Shown here piece after piece: positions 28,143 through 42,285 of a DNA stretch of 64,000 nucleotides. A program made the position numbers and the translations under genes. The notes below the pieces were generated by a model. It did no database searches. It was not told where the DNA came from and worked only from the letters and a program-made list of their open reading frames with translations. The stretch is from Eledone cirrhosa. Lineage: Eukaryota. The stretch spans positions 316,944,001 through 317,008,000 of the forward strand of contig OZ024741.1 in the NCBI GenBank assembly GCA_964016885.1, given 5' to 3'. Within the stretch, counting starts at the first letter, position 1, and each line of letters starts with the position of its first letter.

Positions 28143-28563
28143 CCTTGTCTGGCTTTCTGGAGAATAGAGGAAAGGTGTTTCCTCGAAAACCAGTATGACT
28201 CTAAAAACCGGTTTGTCTGTGTGTTTACATACAGAATAGCTGGACACTCACAGTAAAGTGTCCAGTGAAAAACTCGGTACATCTACATATGTACACGTGT
28301 ATGTATTCATATGCATACTAGTATTTCAGTATACATATGTGGATGTACATTTTTAATTTAATTGTTTAAGCGTCAGTCATACAAAAGTGAGTTACAAACG
28401 AAACGAAATTTAATTTCGTTTCGTTATTTGTTTTTATCGTCTCCGCTGAACCGGTACGTACTCACGCTCTATGCAAATTAGTCTGCCCACTACTAATTTT
28501 CATGGAAAAAGCATATAACGATATGTGCTTTTACGATTCTCTAGAAAGGCCGGAAGATAGGTA

Positions 28564-28608
28564 AATATTGCTGATGAGATGTAACAACATCGAAACTAGT
28601 CCAATATT
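28564..28608 (+). ncRNA. Hammerhead ribozyme, inverted arm unit 2
   Basis: Identical motif, offset +466. Confidence 0.88.
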
Positions 28609-29029
28609 CCTTGTCTGGCTTTCTGGAGAATAGAGGAAAGGTGTTTCCTCGAAAACCAGTATGACTCTAAAAACCGGTTTGTCTGTGTGTTTACATACAG
28701 AATAGCTGGACACTCACAGTAAAGTGTCCAGTGAAAAACTCGGTACATCTACATATGTACACGTGTGTGTATTCATATGCATACTAGTATTTCAGTATAC
28801 ATATGTGGATGTACATTTTTAATTTAATTGTTTAAGCGTCAGTCATACAAAAGTGAGTTACAAACGAAACGAAATTTAATTTCGTTTCGTTATTTGTTTT
28901 TATCGTCTCCGCTGAACCGGTACGTACTCACGCTCTATGCAAATTAGTCTGCCCACTACTAATTTTCATGGAAAAAGCATATAACGATATGTGCTTTTAC
29001 GATTCTCTAGAAAGGCCGGAAGATAGGTA

Positions 29030-29074
29030 AATATTGCTGATGAGATGTAACAACATCGAAACTAGTCCAATATT
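29030..29074 (+). ncRNA. Hammerhead ribozyme, inverted arm unit 3
   Basis: Identical motif. Confidence 0.88.
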
Positions 29075-29495
29075 CCTTGTCTGGCTTTCTGGAGAATAGA
29101 GGAAAGGTGTTTCCTCGAAAACCAGTATGACTCTAAAAACCGGTTTGTCTGTGTGTTTACATACAGAATAGCTGGACACTCACAGTAAAGTGTCCAGTGA
29201 AAAACTCGGTACATCTACATATGTACACGTGTGTGTATTCATATGCATACTAGTATTTCAGTATACATATGTGGATGTACATTTTTAATTTAATTGTTTA
29301 AGCGTCAGTCATACAAAAGTGAGTTACAAACGAAACGAAATTTAATTTCGTTTCGTTATTTGTTTTTATCGTCTCCGCTGAACCGGTACGTACTCACGCT
29401 CTATGCAAATTAGTCTGCCCACTACTAATTTTCATAGAAAAAGCATATAACGATATGTGCTTTTACGATTCTCTAGAAAGGCCGGAAGATAGGTA

Positions 29496-29540
29496 AATAT
29501 TGCTGATGAGATGTAACAACATCGAAACTAGTCCAATATT
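29496..29540 (+). ncRNA. Hammerhead ribozyme, inverted arm unit 4
   Basis: Identical motif. Confidence 0.88.
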
Positions 29541-29961
29541 CCTTGTCTGGCTTTCTGGAGAATAGAGGAAAGGTGTTTCCTCGAAAACCAGTATGACTCT
29601 AAAAACCGGTTTGTCTGTGTGTTTACATACAGAATAGCTGGACACTCACAGTAAAGTGTCCAGTGAAAAACTCGGTACATCTACATATGTACACGTGTAT
29701 GTATTCATATGCATACTAGTATTTCAGTATACATATGTGGATGTACATTTTTAATTTAATTGTTTAAGCGTCAGTCATACAAAAGTGAGTTACAAACGAA
29801 ACGAAATTTAATTTCGTTTCGTTATTTGTTTTTATCGTCTCCGCTGAACCGGTACGTACTCACGCTCTATGCAAATTAGTCTGCCCACTACTAATTTTCA
29901 TGGAAAAAGCATATAACGATATGTGCTTTTACGATTCTCTAGAAAGGCCGGAAGATAGGTA

Positions 29962-30006
29962 AATATTGCTGATGAGATGTAACAACATCGAAACTAGTCC
30001 AATATT
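29962..30006 (+). ncRNA. Hammerhead ribozyme, inverted arm unit 5
   Basis: Identical motif. Confidence 0.88.
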
Positions 30007-30250
30007 CCTTGTCTGGCTTTCTGGAGAATAGAGGAAAGGTGTTTCCTCGAAAACCAGTATGACTCTAAAAACCGGTTTGTCTGTGTGTTTACATACAGAA
30101 TAGCTGGACACTCACAGTAAAGTGTCCAGTGAAAAACTCGGTACATCTACATATGTACACGTGTGTGTATTCATATGCATACTAGTATTTCAGTATACAT
30201 ATGTGGATGTACATTTTTAATTTAATTGTTTATATATATATATATTTATG

Positions 30251-30283
<33 letters not shown>

Positions 30284-30298
30284 GTATATATATATATG

Positions 30299-30350
<52 letters not shown>

Positions 30351-30541
30351 GATGTATATGTATGTATATATATATGTATATATATCTATATGTATATATA
30401 TGTATATATATGTATATATATATATATATGTATATAAATATATATGTATATAAATATATATGTATATATATGTATATATATATATTTCGTTTCTGAATTT
30501 GTTTAGCAAGATTGTTTATCTGAAAACGTGTGTTGAAACCG

Positions 30542-30637
30542 ATATTGTTATACTTTGGGAGGGTCATGTTGCCAATAAGAAACACACGTGCGTGTGTTTC
30601 TTATTGGCAACATGACCCTCCCAAAGTATAACAATAT
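30542..30637. repeat. Perfect hairpin (47-bp arms, 2-nt loop) made of PLE-like 3' termini
   Basis: atattgttatactttgggagggtcatgttgccaataagaaacacacg-tg-reverse complement. Matches 23970-24016 and resembles 53483-53510. Confidence 0.85.
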
Positions 30638-30734
30638 ATATATATATATATACGCACATTTATACACATATATTTGTATGTATTTATAGTGGGGTATATG
30701 TGTGTATATATATTGTATATGTATATAAATATTG

Positions 30735-30789
<55 letters not shown>

Positions 30790-31240
30790 AATAGAAAACG
30801 AAAGTTTAGAAAAGGATTATTACTAAAGCATTTAATAGATTTCCGAACAGGAACGAATAGTCCATTCCTGCAAGAATAGGCCATCAGAATTAATCAAACA
30901 CAAAAATGATTTACCTCATACGTTTTAAAGTCCCAGTGGGAGAAAAAGAAAGCGAAGATGTAAAGAAATCGTTAAAATTATAGAAGCCTAAAATAGTAAT
31001 TAAAATTTATAAATTTATAAATTTATAAAATATTTACGTTCAGTAACAATAGATACTTCACTAACTATGATATATCATTACAAAAGGAGAGGATACACTA
31101 AAATAGAGCAGGATTTATACTAATGGGAATTATAAAGTCTATTATAACTTCGTATGTGAAGTTATGAAAATATTATTAGAATGTACTTAAAGAATGTTAA
31201 AATTTATGGAAGCATAAAACAGTTATAAATAAATTTGATC

Positions 31241-31309
31241 GATTCTGATGAACATTCTTGCAGGAATGAACCGTTCATTCCTGTTAGTCTAACGAAACGT
31301 TCGTAAATC
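31241..31309 (+). ncRNA. Hammerhead motif with a long stem II
   Basis: GAUU CUGAUGA ..caggaaugaa-ccg-uucauuccug.. GAAAC GUUC GUA AAUC. Degenerate inverted copy at about 30830-30895. Confidence 0.6.
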
Positions 31310-31516
31310 TATTGAATGTTTTATTCATAATCCTTGTTTAAACTTTTGTTTATATAGTTATCATAAGAAATTATAACATTGTTGTATTTGGAATTTTACC
31401 CGTTGGATTAAACTTTAGACTGTTTATTACCTAGCTTGAGCACTATAAAATCATATAAAGCTTTAAATCTATTTAGCCTTTATACTGAAGTATTTTCAAC
31501 TCACTTGAACTTGTTG

Positions 31517-31559
<43 letters not shown>

Positions 31560-31564
31560 CGTGT

Positions 31565-31642
<78 letters not shown>

Positions 31643-31644
<2 letters not shown>

Positions 31645-31817
31645 CCTGGGTTTAATCGGGGATAACCACAGTAAGTAAGGTACACAATACATAGCAGAGT
31701 ATAAATTTTTAATATAGAAATGGCTTCTACAGTACTAGAACTGTTTCATTAGAAGGAAATCATGATGATTTCCTGATGATTTCCCTCGAATGAAACAGTT
31801 CTAGTCCTGTATAAGTC

Positions 31818-31823
<6 letters not shown>
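31643..31823. mobile_element. HHR element terminus with an inverted HHR pair
   Basis: Same family as 9102, 17991 and 59635. Plus-strand CTGATGA..GAAAcagttctagtcctgTA at about 31769-31816. Confidence 0.7.
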
Positions 31824-31890
<67 letters not shown>

Positions 31891-32016
31891 CTAGCTGAGG
31901 TACCCAGCATCGCCAAGGTTACGGCAGAAGAAAAAACGTCTGTATTGAATGCATTGTCTTGTTTACAGTGTGTGTGTGTGTATGTTTGTGTGTGTATGTT
32001 GTGTGTGTATGTTTGT

Positions 32017-32058
<42 letters not shown>

Positions 32059-32164
32059 CTTTACTCTACTACCCCAAGTATCTCTGTTGGGTCTAACTAG
32101 TTTCAAATTGGTTTTCTCTCTCTCTATATATATATATATATATGCTCTATATATATATAAATAT

Positions 32165-32356
32165 AATTGTTTCTACTATTGGCACAAGGCCACCAATTAC
32201 CCAGTGCATTACTGGTACTTTATTTTATCGACCCCGTAAGGATGAACGGCAAAGTTAACCTCTTTGGGATTTGAAATCAGAATGGCAAGGGCCGTAACTC
32301 CATGCGTCAAAGCATGGCGTCCGACCCTCTACCGATACTGCCAATCTACCGCCTTC
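32165..32356 (-). mobile_element. SINE (main family)
   Basis: Reverse complement of the 8216 copy. Confidence 0.8.
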
Positions 32357-32496
32357 TAAAGATGAGTGGTTACTCCTTCATTACGTTTATTGGCTGGTGA
32401 CGCGCGTTTCGCCACCGATCAGCTCAAAATTCGATCTATATCGATCTAGCTCGACTCTGTAATCAATGGCTCGTCGGACCTCTTTGGTGGTAATAA

Positions 32497-32544
<48 letters not shown>

Positions 32545-32910
32545 ATAATAATAAATTTGAAGACTAAAATCCAAAGAGGGCTCGATAAGGATAAATATAT
32601 ATCAAATATATAAGAACCATAGAGCAAATATTTATTAAAATAACAGATTAATGTTTAAGCAAAGAATCGCTGCTTTCACCCTTAACGGGATCTTCTGAAA
32701 CTAAAAAAGTCAATCTGTGAACGCAGAAATAAATATTTCAAAAAACATTGCAACTGAAGTAAGACAGGAAGACGACAATTTGGTTTGTGGAAACGTTCCC
32801 TGGCAAAAAACAGAAAAAAACGAAGATAATACGTCATTATTTGGTGCAGTGAAAACAATTACAAGGGTGAAAGCAGCGATTCTTTGCTTAAACTTTAACA
32901 TGTTATTTTA

Positions 32911-32946
<36 letters not shown>

Positions 32947-33091
32947 AAAAAGAGATGAAATCGAAAATGCAACTGGAGTCTTATTTTTTTTTTAAATATA
33001 TATATTTATTTGGTTCCTTTACCGGTTTCGCAGTTCTTCTGCTTTTCAAAAGGTGAGTTGAGATGGAGGGTCTGTGGTTTTTCTCACATCT

Positions 33092-33149
<58 letters not shown>

Positions 33150-33151
<2 letters not shown>

Positions 33152-33722
33152 TAAGTTATTCCGGGTTGAATCGGAGGTAACCACAGTAAGTAAGATACTC
33201 AATACATAGCAGAGTATAAAAGTTTTAATATAGATGAGATTCTACAGCACTAGAACTGCTTCATACTTTAGAAATCATCAGGAATCTGGCTGTCCAAAAT
33301 AAATGTTGTGGTATTTATATCTTTTCAGGTGATAGGAGAGGGTGGGGAGTGGGATGGGTGGAGGTCACTGGTTGAAAGAAAAGGGAATTCATTAAAAGCT
33401 GATTCTTTAAGGCTATAATTTATATTTAGAGTGACAAAGGCAGAAAGAATTCTATAAACAAGTTCAAATTGGGGTGCCACTCCTTATTTTTAAGTTTCTC
33501 TTAAGCTAACAATGCCTATATTTCAGGTGTCTATAAGATGGTTGGGGGGGGGGGGGGTGATCATGGTTGATGGATTTAACGAAAAGGGAAATTCTTTAAA
33601 AGCTAATTCTTTAAAGCTCTACTTAGAGTGACAAAGGCCAAGAGAATTTTATAAACCAATTCAAATATTGGGTGCCTATCATTATTGTCATGTCTCTCTT
33701 AAGCTATATTTCAGGTGTCAAC
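33150..33722 (-). mobile_element. HHR-bearing non-coding element, homologue of 9085-9550
   Basis: Long alignment with 9085-9550. HHR at 33238-33286 has a GAAA>GAAG change. Flanked by microsatellites. Confidence 0.7.
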
Positions 33723-33727
33723 AGACA

Positions 33728-33781
<54 letters not shown>

Positions 33782-33866
33782 AATATACACATATACAAAC
33801 ATATACAAACACATCTACAGATATACACATATATACACATATACATACATTCATAAGAACACATTC

Positions 33867-33907
<41 letters not shown>

Positions 33908-33912
<5 letters not shown>

Positions 33913-34799
33913 GAAAGGTATAGAAATTGTTGTAGCGAGAAGCTAATAGTATTCCATAACATATATGCGACTATAACGTCAAAATGGGAAAAATAGTTAA
34001 CGTAAGATGTGGGAAAAATAATTCAAACTCATCTCAAATAGAATCAGGATATAAATTCATCCACAGAATTTAGTGAAATCCAGGGAAAAATCAATCGAGC
34101 CTTAACTCATGATAAAATACTCATCCTTCAATTTGGAAAAACTTCAAATGCTCTGTATAGTCTTAAAGACTATTTCATGAAAACTTTCAGTGAAGATCGT
34201 CACGGTTGGATTTCAATCGTCAGCAGAGCTCAACTCGATAGCCAGGACTCTCACAGATTTATATGCCAAAAAGGGAATTTAAAAACTGGCTAGTTCACCA
34301 TCATGCGGGATTATGAAAAACGCACATGAGGAAAACAGGGCTAGTGACGGCAGAATGAGGCGAATGTTTGTTTACAAGAAACAACAGTCAAATACATTCC
34401 GAAAAAAACTCTACAAAAGGAGTTCAGCAAAAAGCAATATTATTGCAGTTTTTATTTAAAAAAACCGGGATTAGTCACAAATAATTTAAGCACTCTAGGA
34501 AAAAAAAATCCGAGTATAAATATATAAATGAAAGGTATAGAAATTGTTGTAGCGAGAAGCTAACAGTATTCCATAACATATATGCGACTATAACGTCAAA
34601 ATGGGAAAAATAGTGAACGTAAGATGTGGGAAAAATAATTCAAACTCATCTCAAAGAGAATCAGGATATAAATTCATCCACAGAATTTAGTGAAATCCAG
34701 GGAAAAATCAATAGAGCCTTAACTCATGATAAAATAAAGTCGATAATACTCATCCTTCAATTTGGAAAAACTTCAAATGCTCTGTATAGTCTTAAAGAC

Positions 34800-34807
<8 letters not shown>
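33908..34807. repeat. Direct duplication of a 270-280-bp segment (33908-34178 and 34527-34807) bracketing a unique spacer
   Basis: aaatgaaaggtatagaaattgttgtagcgag..cttaaagactatttcat occurs twice; (TA)n on both sides. Confidence 0.85.
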
Positions 34808-35520
<713 letters not shown>

Positions 35521-35781
35521 TATTGTCGAGAACAATACATAGGCCAGACCAAAAACAGCCTCCGCCAACGCATGACTGTCCATAGATCCCAAATCAAAAT
35601 ACGGGAATACAGGAAAATACCACTGAGTGAACACATTGATACCTGTGCCGCCCAAAATCATCCCAACTTCAGAATCTTTCCCCTTTACAAATTTAAAGAT
35701 AATGCCACCCACACCCAGCGCATCAGCAAGGAATCTTACTTCATTAACAAATACGGACCCCGTCTAAACACTTCTCCCTAA
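35521..35781 (+). pseudogene. PLE GIY-YIG endonuclease C-terminal fragment
   Basis: [39 protein letters not shown]: YIG, R, E and terminal LN residues typical of PLE GIY-YIG. Confidence 0.8.
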
Positions 35782-35921
35782 GACGAACCCACAACATACA
35801 CACGTCAACATACATACCTACATCAGCACACATCTCTGCCCACATATAAACACAATGACATACGTAAACACACATGCTCTATGGTGCAACACAAAAAAAT
35901 ATATGTGCATATATATATGTA

Positions 35922-36981
<1,060 letters not shown>

Positions 36982-37449
36982 TATATATATATATATATAT
37001 AATATATATATATATATTTATGTGTTTGTGTGTGTATGTGTGTGTGAATATATATATATGTATGTATATATATATATGTATGTATGTATGTATAAATATA
37101 TATATATATAACGAAGGAAATATGGTAAGGAACCAGATGGACCATAACGCACCAAAGTACTCAATACTTAGGATAGTAGAGTGGGTAATGGTATATATAT
37201 TATATACACACACATGACGGACTTCCACAGAGTTTTCGTCTATCAAATTCTCTCACAAGTCATTGGTCAACCGCTGAAGCTATAGAAGACAGTCGCTCAT
37301 GTTGCTATGCAGTGAAATTGAACCCACAGCCACAGGGGCTGAAGTGAATTCCTTAACTAACCAGTCATGTTCAAAATTCTGTTTAAACATTTACTGGGGA
37401 GTGGTGGAGGAGCTGATGACACATGAAAGTGTTATGCATTGTTACCAGT

Positions 37450-37945
37450 CACGTTTTTGTTGACGTTGTCGGTGTTGCTGTTGTTGTCGTCGATGTTGTT
37501 GCTGTTGTTGTTGTTGTCGTCGTCGTTGCCGTTGCTGTTGTTGTTGTTGTTGTCGTCGTCGTTGCCGTTGCTGTTGTTGTTGTTGTTGTGGTCGTTGCTG
37601 CTGTTGTTGTTGTTGTTGCTGTTGTTGTCGGTGTTGCTGCTGTTGTTGTTGTTGTTGTTGTTGTTCTTCTTCTTCTTCTTCTTCTTCTTCTTCTTCTTCT
37701 TCTTCTTCTTCTTCTTCTTGCTAGCAATGTGGTTGTTGCTGTTGTTGCTGACGTTGTAGTTGTTGTTATTGTCGTTTTCGTTGCTGTTGCTGTTGTTGCT
37801 GACGTTGTAGTTGTTGTTATTGTCGTTGTCGTTGCTGTTGCTGTTGATTTTACTGTCGTTGCTGTTGTTGTTGTTGTTGCTGCTGTTGTTGCTGACGTTG
37901 TAGTTGTTGTTGCTGTGGTTGCTGTGGTTGTTGTTGTTTGTTAGT
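37450..37945. repeat. (GTT/GCT/CTT)n trinucleotide block
   Basis: Visible directly in the sequence. Confidence 0.95.
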
Positions 37946-38089
37946 GTTGGAATTGAGATTTATGCAACAGTAAGGGCATTTTTTTTTTTTTACAAAATAA
38001 TTGATTCTACTTTTGACACAAGGCCAGCAATTATACCAATGCATTACTGGTACTTTATTTTATCGACCCCGTAACGATGAAAGGCGAAA

Positions 38090-38412
38090 TAATAAAGTTT
38101 CTGTGTTTATAAAAAAAAACGTTATAGGAAAACAGAATATAGTAAAAAACGTATAGAGAAAACACAGCGATAATTACTGAATATGTCACAGATATGTGTG
38201 ACGAAAGAACTTTGAGAAATAATATTTATGTTTTATATTTTTAACTGTTGGTCAATCAATGATAAATATTCATTGCCAGCTAAATTATACACAGAAATAT
38301 AAAAATATACTGAAGCGAAAACCAAAAAACCAAACAAAACTAAACAGTGAGTGTTTTTCACTATTTTTTGGCAATATTAGGACAACATGACACTCTCCAA
38401 ATATAACAACAG
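38090..38412 (+). mobile_element. Degenerate PLE 3' pseudo-LTR remnant
   Basis: ctgaatatgtcacagatatgtgtgacgaaagaactttg and terminal catgacactctccaaatataacaa parallel 53261-53510. Confidence 0.6.
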
Positions 38413-38558
38413 ACTTTCGTTTTAAATAAAATAAAATAAGAAACAGATCAAACTACAAAACTATAAATAAACAACAAAACGTCTTGTGTTTGTGTCTGTG
38501 TCAACTGGGCAATTTTCCACTTTCTGTTTCTTTGAACTACTACTACTACTACTACTAG

Positions 38559-38593
<35 letters not shown>

Positions 38594-38595
38594 AC

Positions 38596-38645
<50 letters not shown>

Positions 38646-38924
38646 TTTCTTTATTAACCACAAGGGTTTACATAAAGTAGACATTAAGGACAGTGCAGGA
38701 CAATACAGGACGGTACAAATGGGCATTTCTGCGTGTAAAAAAAAAAAAGAGAGGATGTAACAAAAAAATAACAATGAAAAATTCTCCAATAGGGGGGAGA
38801 CTTCGGAGGGACATTTGTGGAGAAAGCCCAGTAAAAGGCCACAGTGACCCTGACCACCAAGGCAAGTGCCCTCTCCCAGTTTTCCACCTTTAATTTACAG
38901 ATACATACTCAGAGTAGGCCCATT

Positions 38925-41900
38925 CACTCGGGCCATTCTTGCTTCTCTCACCCATCTTTCAACAAAATGCTGGGAAGAGAGCACTTCCCTCTCTACTCTG
39001 ATTTTCCTTTTCAAATGAAATTTGAAAAAGTCAATCAGGGCATCACCGAAGAGCTAAGTACTCGTCTTCAGCCCTTTCAAACGTGTCCATCATACTATCT
39101 CTTTCGCCGTGGCCACCAGACAGATAAAAACTGCCTGCCCTTCCCGGCTAAAGGAAGAGGGCGGGGCAATCCTCACGGATCCGTCCTACACGCGACAGCA
39201 GGTGTTCGACATAAACCCACAAGTCAGCAATTTTCGGACACTGGACGAGTGCGTGCAGGACGATTTCGTCGCCCTGCGCGCATCTCGGACATGCCCGGCT
39301 GACGGCACCCCCAGGCCTGTAGAGTTTATCCCGTATGGCAAGGCTCCTTGGTAGCACTGCCAGGCGAGAGATTTCTGGAAGTTGTCCATAGGCCCCGGCC
39401 CGAAAGTTCTTCCGAAGAGATTGGCTAGTTGATTTTCGTCGACGCCTAGAGTTTCCCCAAGTGCGTCGTCGCTCTTCCTCTCCACTAATCCTCTATAGAA
39501 CGCCGAGGTGGAGTTTCCACCGATCATATTACCCGATTGGTCGAGGGCTGTGAGCGCCTGAAGACATTACAGTCTCCAGGCGATCCCTCTCGGTCTTCGC
39601 TTGACCCAGGACTGCAGCTCCGTCAAGGAAACGAGCTGGGGAAAGAGGTGTCTAGCAAACGGCGACCATACCTGATCACCGTCGAGGAAGAGGTGGAGAT
39701 ATCGTAGCCTGAGCGCGTGTCTGCGCATCATCAGCCACGGCATGCCTAGCCCTCCACGTAGCGGGTGTTGACAACAGATGGACCTCCTGACCATCGGAGC
39801 GCGTCCCTTCCACAAAAAGCGAAAGAGCAAACGCTCCAGCGCAGTCAGGCGGGGCTTAGGACAAGGTACGACGGTCAGGCGGTAGCAGATGACAGACGCG
39901 ATGTACGCTTTAGCCACCTCCGCTCGACCTTTCGGGGATAGCTTCCTCTCCGCCCATTTCTGGGTGAGAGAAGCCACCCTGCTCGTCACCTCGTCCCAGT
40001 TTTTGTCCGTCTGGAGGTCCTGACCGAACCAGACCCCTAGCATTTAACCGGTCCGTCCGTCCAGCGTCCGACGACGCTGTTGGACGGCATGGACCTGCCT
40101 CTTCAGGTGTCGAGCTGCAGGCCCACTGACTTTTCCTGGTTGATCATTGCTCCTGTCACCGCTTCGTATTCTCTTAGTGTAGTGCAGATCGCCTCGATGT
40201 GTTTGGCGTTCGACACCACTACGGTGACACCGTCCGCATATGCTGACACGGATCTTCTGCATCCTAGTTCACGCGGGACGCCCCTCAACGTCTCCAGTTT
40301 GTACAGTAATGGCTCGAGAGTCAATACGTACAAGAGGGACGAGAGGGGACATCCTTGGCGGACCGAGCGCATGATGTTGAACGGTTCCGAAAGGTGACCG
40401 TTCACTCTCATCACAGAGCAGATTTCGCTGTGCATGGCAGCGATCCAGCCTCTGAAGACGGGCCCAAAGCCAGCCGCCCTCAGGACTGCCGCTAGGTAAC
40501 GATGGTCGAAAGCTTTCGACTGATCTAAATTGATCAAGGACGCACCCGTGCCAGGTTCCCTAGCTACCCTCTCTACGATGTATCGCATGAGGTGGAGGTT
40601 GTCGTGGATGGATCTGTCGGGAATGGCGTATGTCTGCGCCTCTCCAACCATACCACCAATGACAAGCGCCAACCTCTTTGCTAGCTCCTTGGCCAAAATC
40701 TTTAACTCTGCGTTTAGCAGAGTTTTGAGCCTGAAATTATCTATGTTATCCCCCTTGTTCGCATCCTTTCTCAGCAGCGCCACCGCTCCTCGGCTCACAT
40801 AGCTGGGAATTCTCCCGTTCTGTTGCCAGTTACAGTAGACGTCCGCCAAGAGGCCTCCGAACAAGTCTGGCATCTGTACGTAAAGTTCATAGGGCAGAAA
40901 ATCCAAACCAGGCTATTTACCCCTTATGCAGCCAGTTATTTCCTCCTGTACTCCAGCAGCTGTTCTCGGCTTTTCTCAACACTCCGCCTCAGTGGCCGAG
41001 AGCCGCGGCAGTCCGTCGAGGTAGACACTAAAGTCCATCCCTCGATCCGGCCCGCCGCTACCCCCGAGCAGCTGAGCGAAGTGTCGCTGAAAAGCTTCAC
41101 ACATTTACCCGGCATCGAGTAGTATGCGCCCGTCGTGGTCCACCAAAGACCGGATCGTGGCTTTGTTGCCACGACGCGCCTCCGCCACTCGGGCCCATTG
41201 AACGGCTTTTTTCGTCCCCTCGTGTCTGAGAGCACGCACCCTACCTCTGACAACGCAGCCTTCGTGCTTTGCATTGAAGAATTGGTCAAGGGCCAATTTC
41301 GCCGCAAGTACCTCGGTCGCGATGCCTTTGCTAAGCGCCTCGTCTAATTTTCTAACTAGTTCTCCCTCTGCTCTATTTTTCTCTATAGCTAAAGCCTTAC
41401 TAAACCTAATTGTCTCTATTCTAATCGCTCTTTTCAGAGCAAACCACCACGTGTTGTTGACGATGGCGCCTGTCAACGTTCGCTTAACTAGTTGGCTAAT
41501 CCGGTCTCTGTAGGCCTTGCGCGCTGGTAAGGACGCGTTTAGCTTCCAGTAGCCGGGTCCTCGTCTATGAAGCCTATCTAAGTCAAGCACACAGATCACG
41601 AATTTGTGGTCCGTGTAGCTGACAATCTTGAATTGTGGACAGCCTATGCTAGACCTATCTATTTTCCTACAAAATACTCTATCTAGATATGATCTGGATG
41701 ACCCGATGCGGTTTGTCCAAGTCCACATTGGTACATTCGGGTAATCCAATCGGTACCTGTCAGACAGTTCAAAACGCCTGAGCAGGTTGGTGAGGCTCTT
41801 GCACCCTCCTCCCCTATCCGCTAATCCCACACAGTCCCAGCGTGCATCTAAGATCCCGTTCCAATCGCCCACTAACACTAAAGAGCGGGATGTTCCTAGA

Positions 41901-42285
41901 AAGGTCTCCAGACGCCGGAAGAAATCAGGCCGCCCTGCTCCTGTCGGGGCATAGACGGCCACTAGCCTGAAAGCTTGCCCATCTCCGCTGGTCACGTCCA
42001 GCAACACCAACTTACCTTCTGGGTCCAGGAAGATGGCCCGTATGGCGAGATCCAAACCTCTCCGAAAAAGCACAGCAACTGCCCCGCCGACCCAGGACGG
42101 CTGGGAGATGCGTACACATCGTAGCCGCCGAAGATCGGTGCGAAGGCCCGTGCTTCGGAGATTCTGGTCTCGCTGATGGCCACTACATCTATGTTTAGTG
42201 ACCTGAGGTCGTTGAGCAGGTGGCCCTGCTTCCATGACGACCCCAAGCCACGCGCATTTATGCTGCCTATTCTTAGTGAGGTCAT
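38925..42285 (-). pseudogene. Tx1-like ORF2 (APE endonuclease plus reverse transcriptase), several frameshifts
   Basis: SINARGL, VAISETR, VAVYAP, GDWN, SYLDRVF, TDH (APE); LDQSKAFD, VRQGCPLSSLLY, AYADG (RT); GGLGMP; CPRC..LHALVQCP. Confidence 0.9.

Larger units (their letters stand above)
25538..30230. mobile_element. 466-bp hammerhead-ribozyme-containing tandem array (retrozyme-like), about 5.3 units in one orientation and about 4.7 units inverted
   Basis: Exact 466-bp period (identical ORF starts at 25721, 26187, 26653, 27119, 27585). Orientation flips at about 28014. Each unit contains aatattg-CTGATGA-gatgt aaca acatc-GAAA-ctag-TC-caatatt. (TA)n tracts on both sides. Confidence 0.9.

Noticed and set aside
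25721-30111. Ten identical 60-aa ORFs in the 466-bp array
   Set aside because: They start at GTG, are antisense to the ribozyme and have no recognisable motif; they repeat only because the unit repeats.
32393-32424. Partial HHR on the minus strand (GAAAcgcgcgTC)
   Set aside because: The 5' core is incomplete (CUGAUCG) and there is no stem II; at most a truncated remnant.
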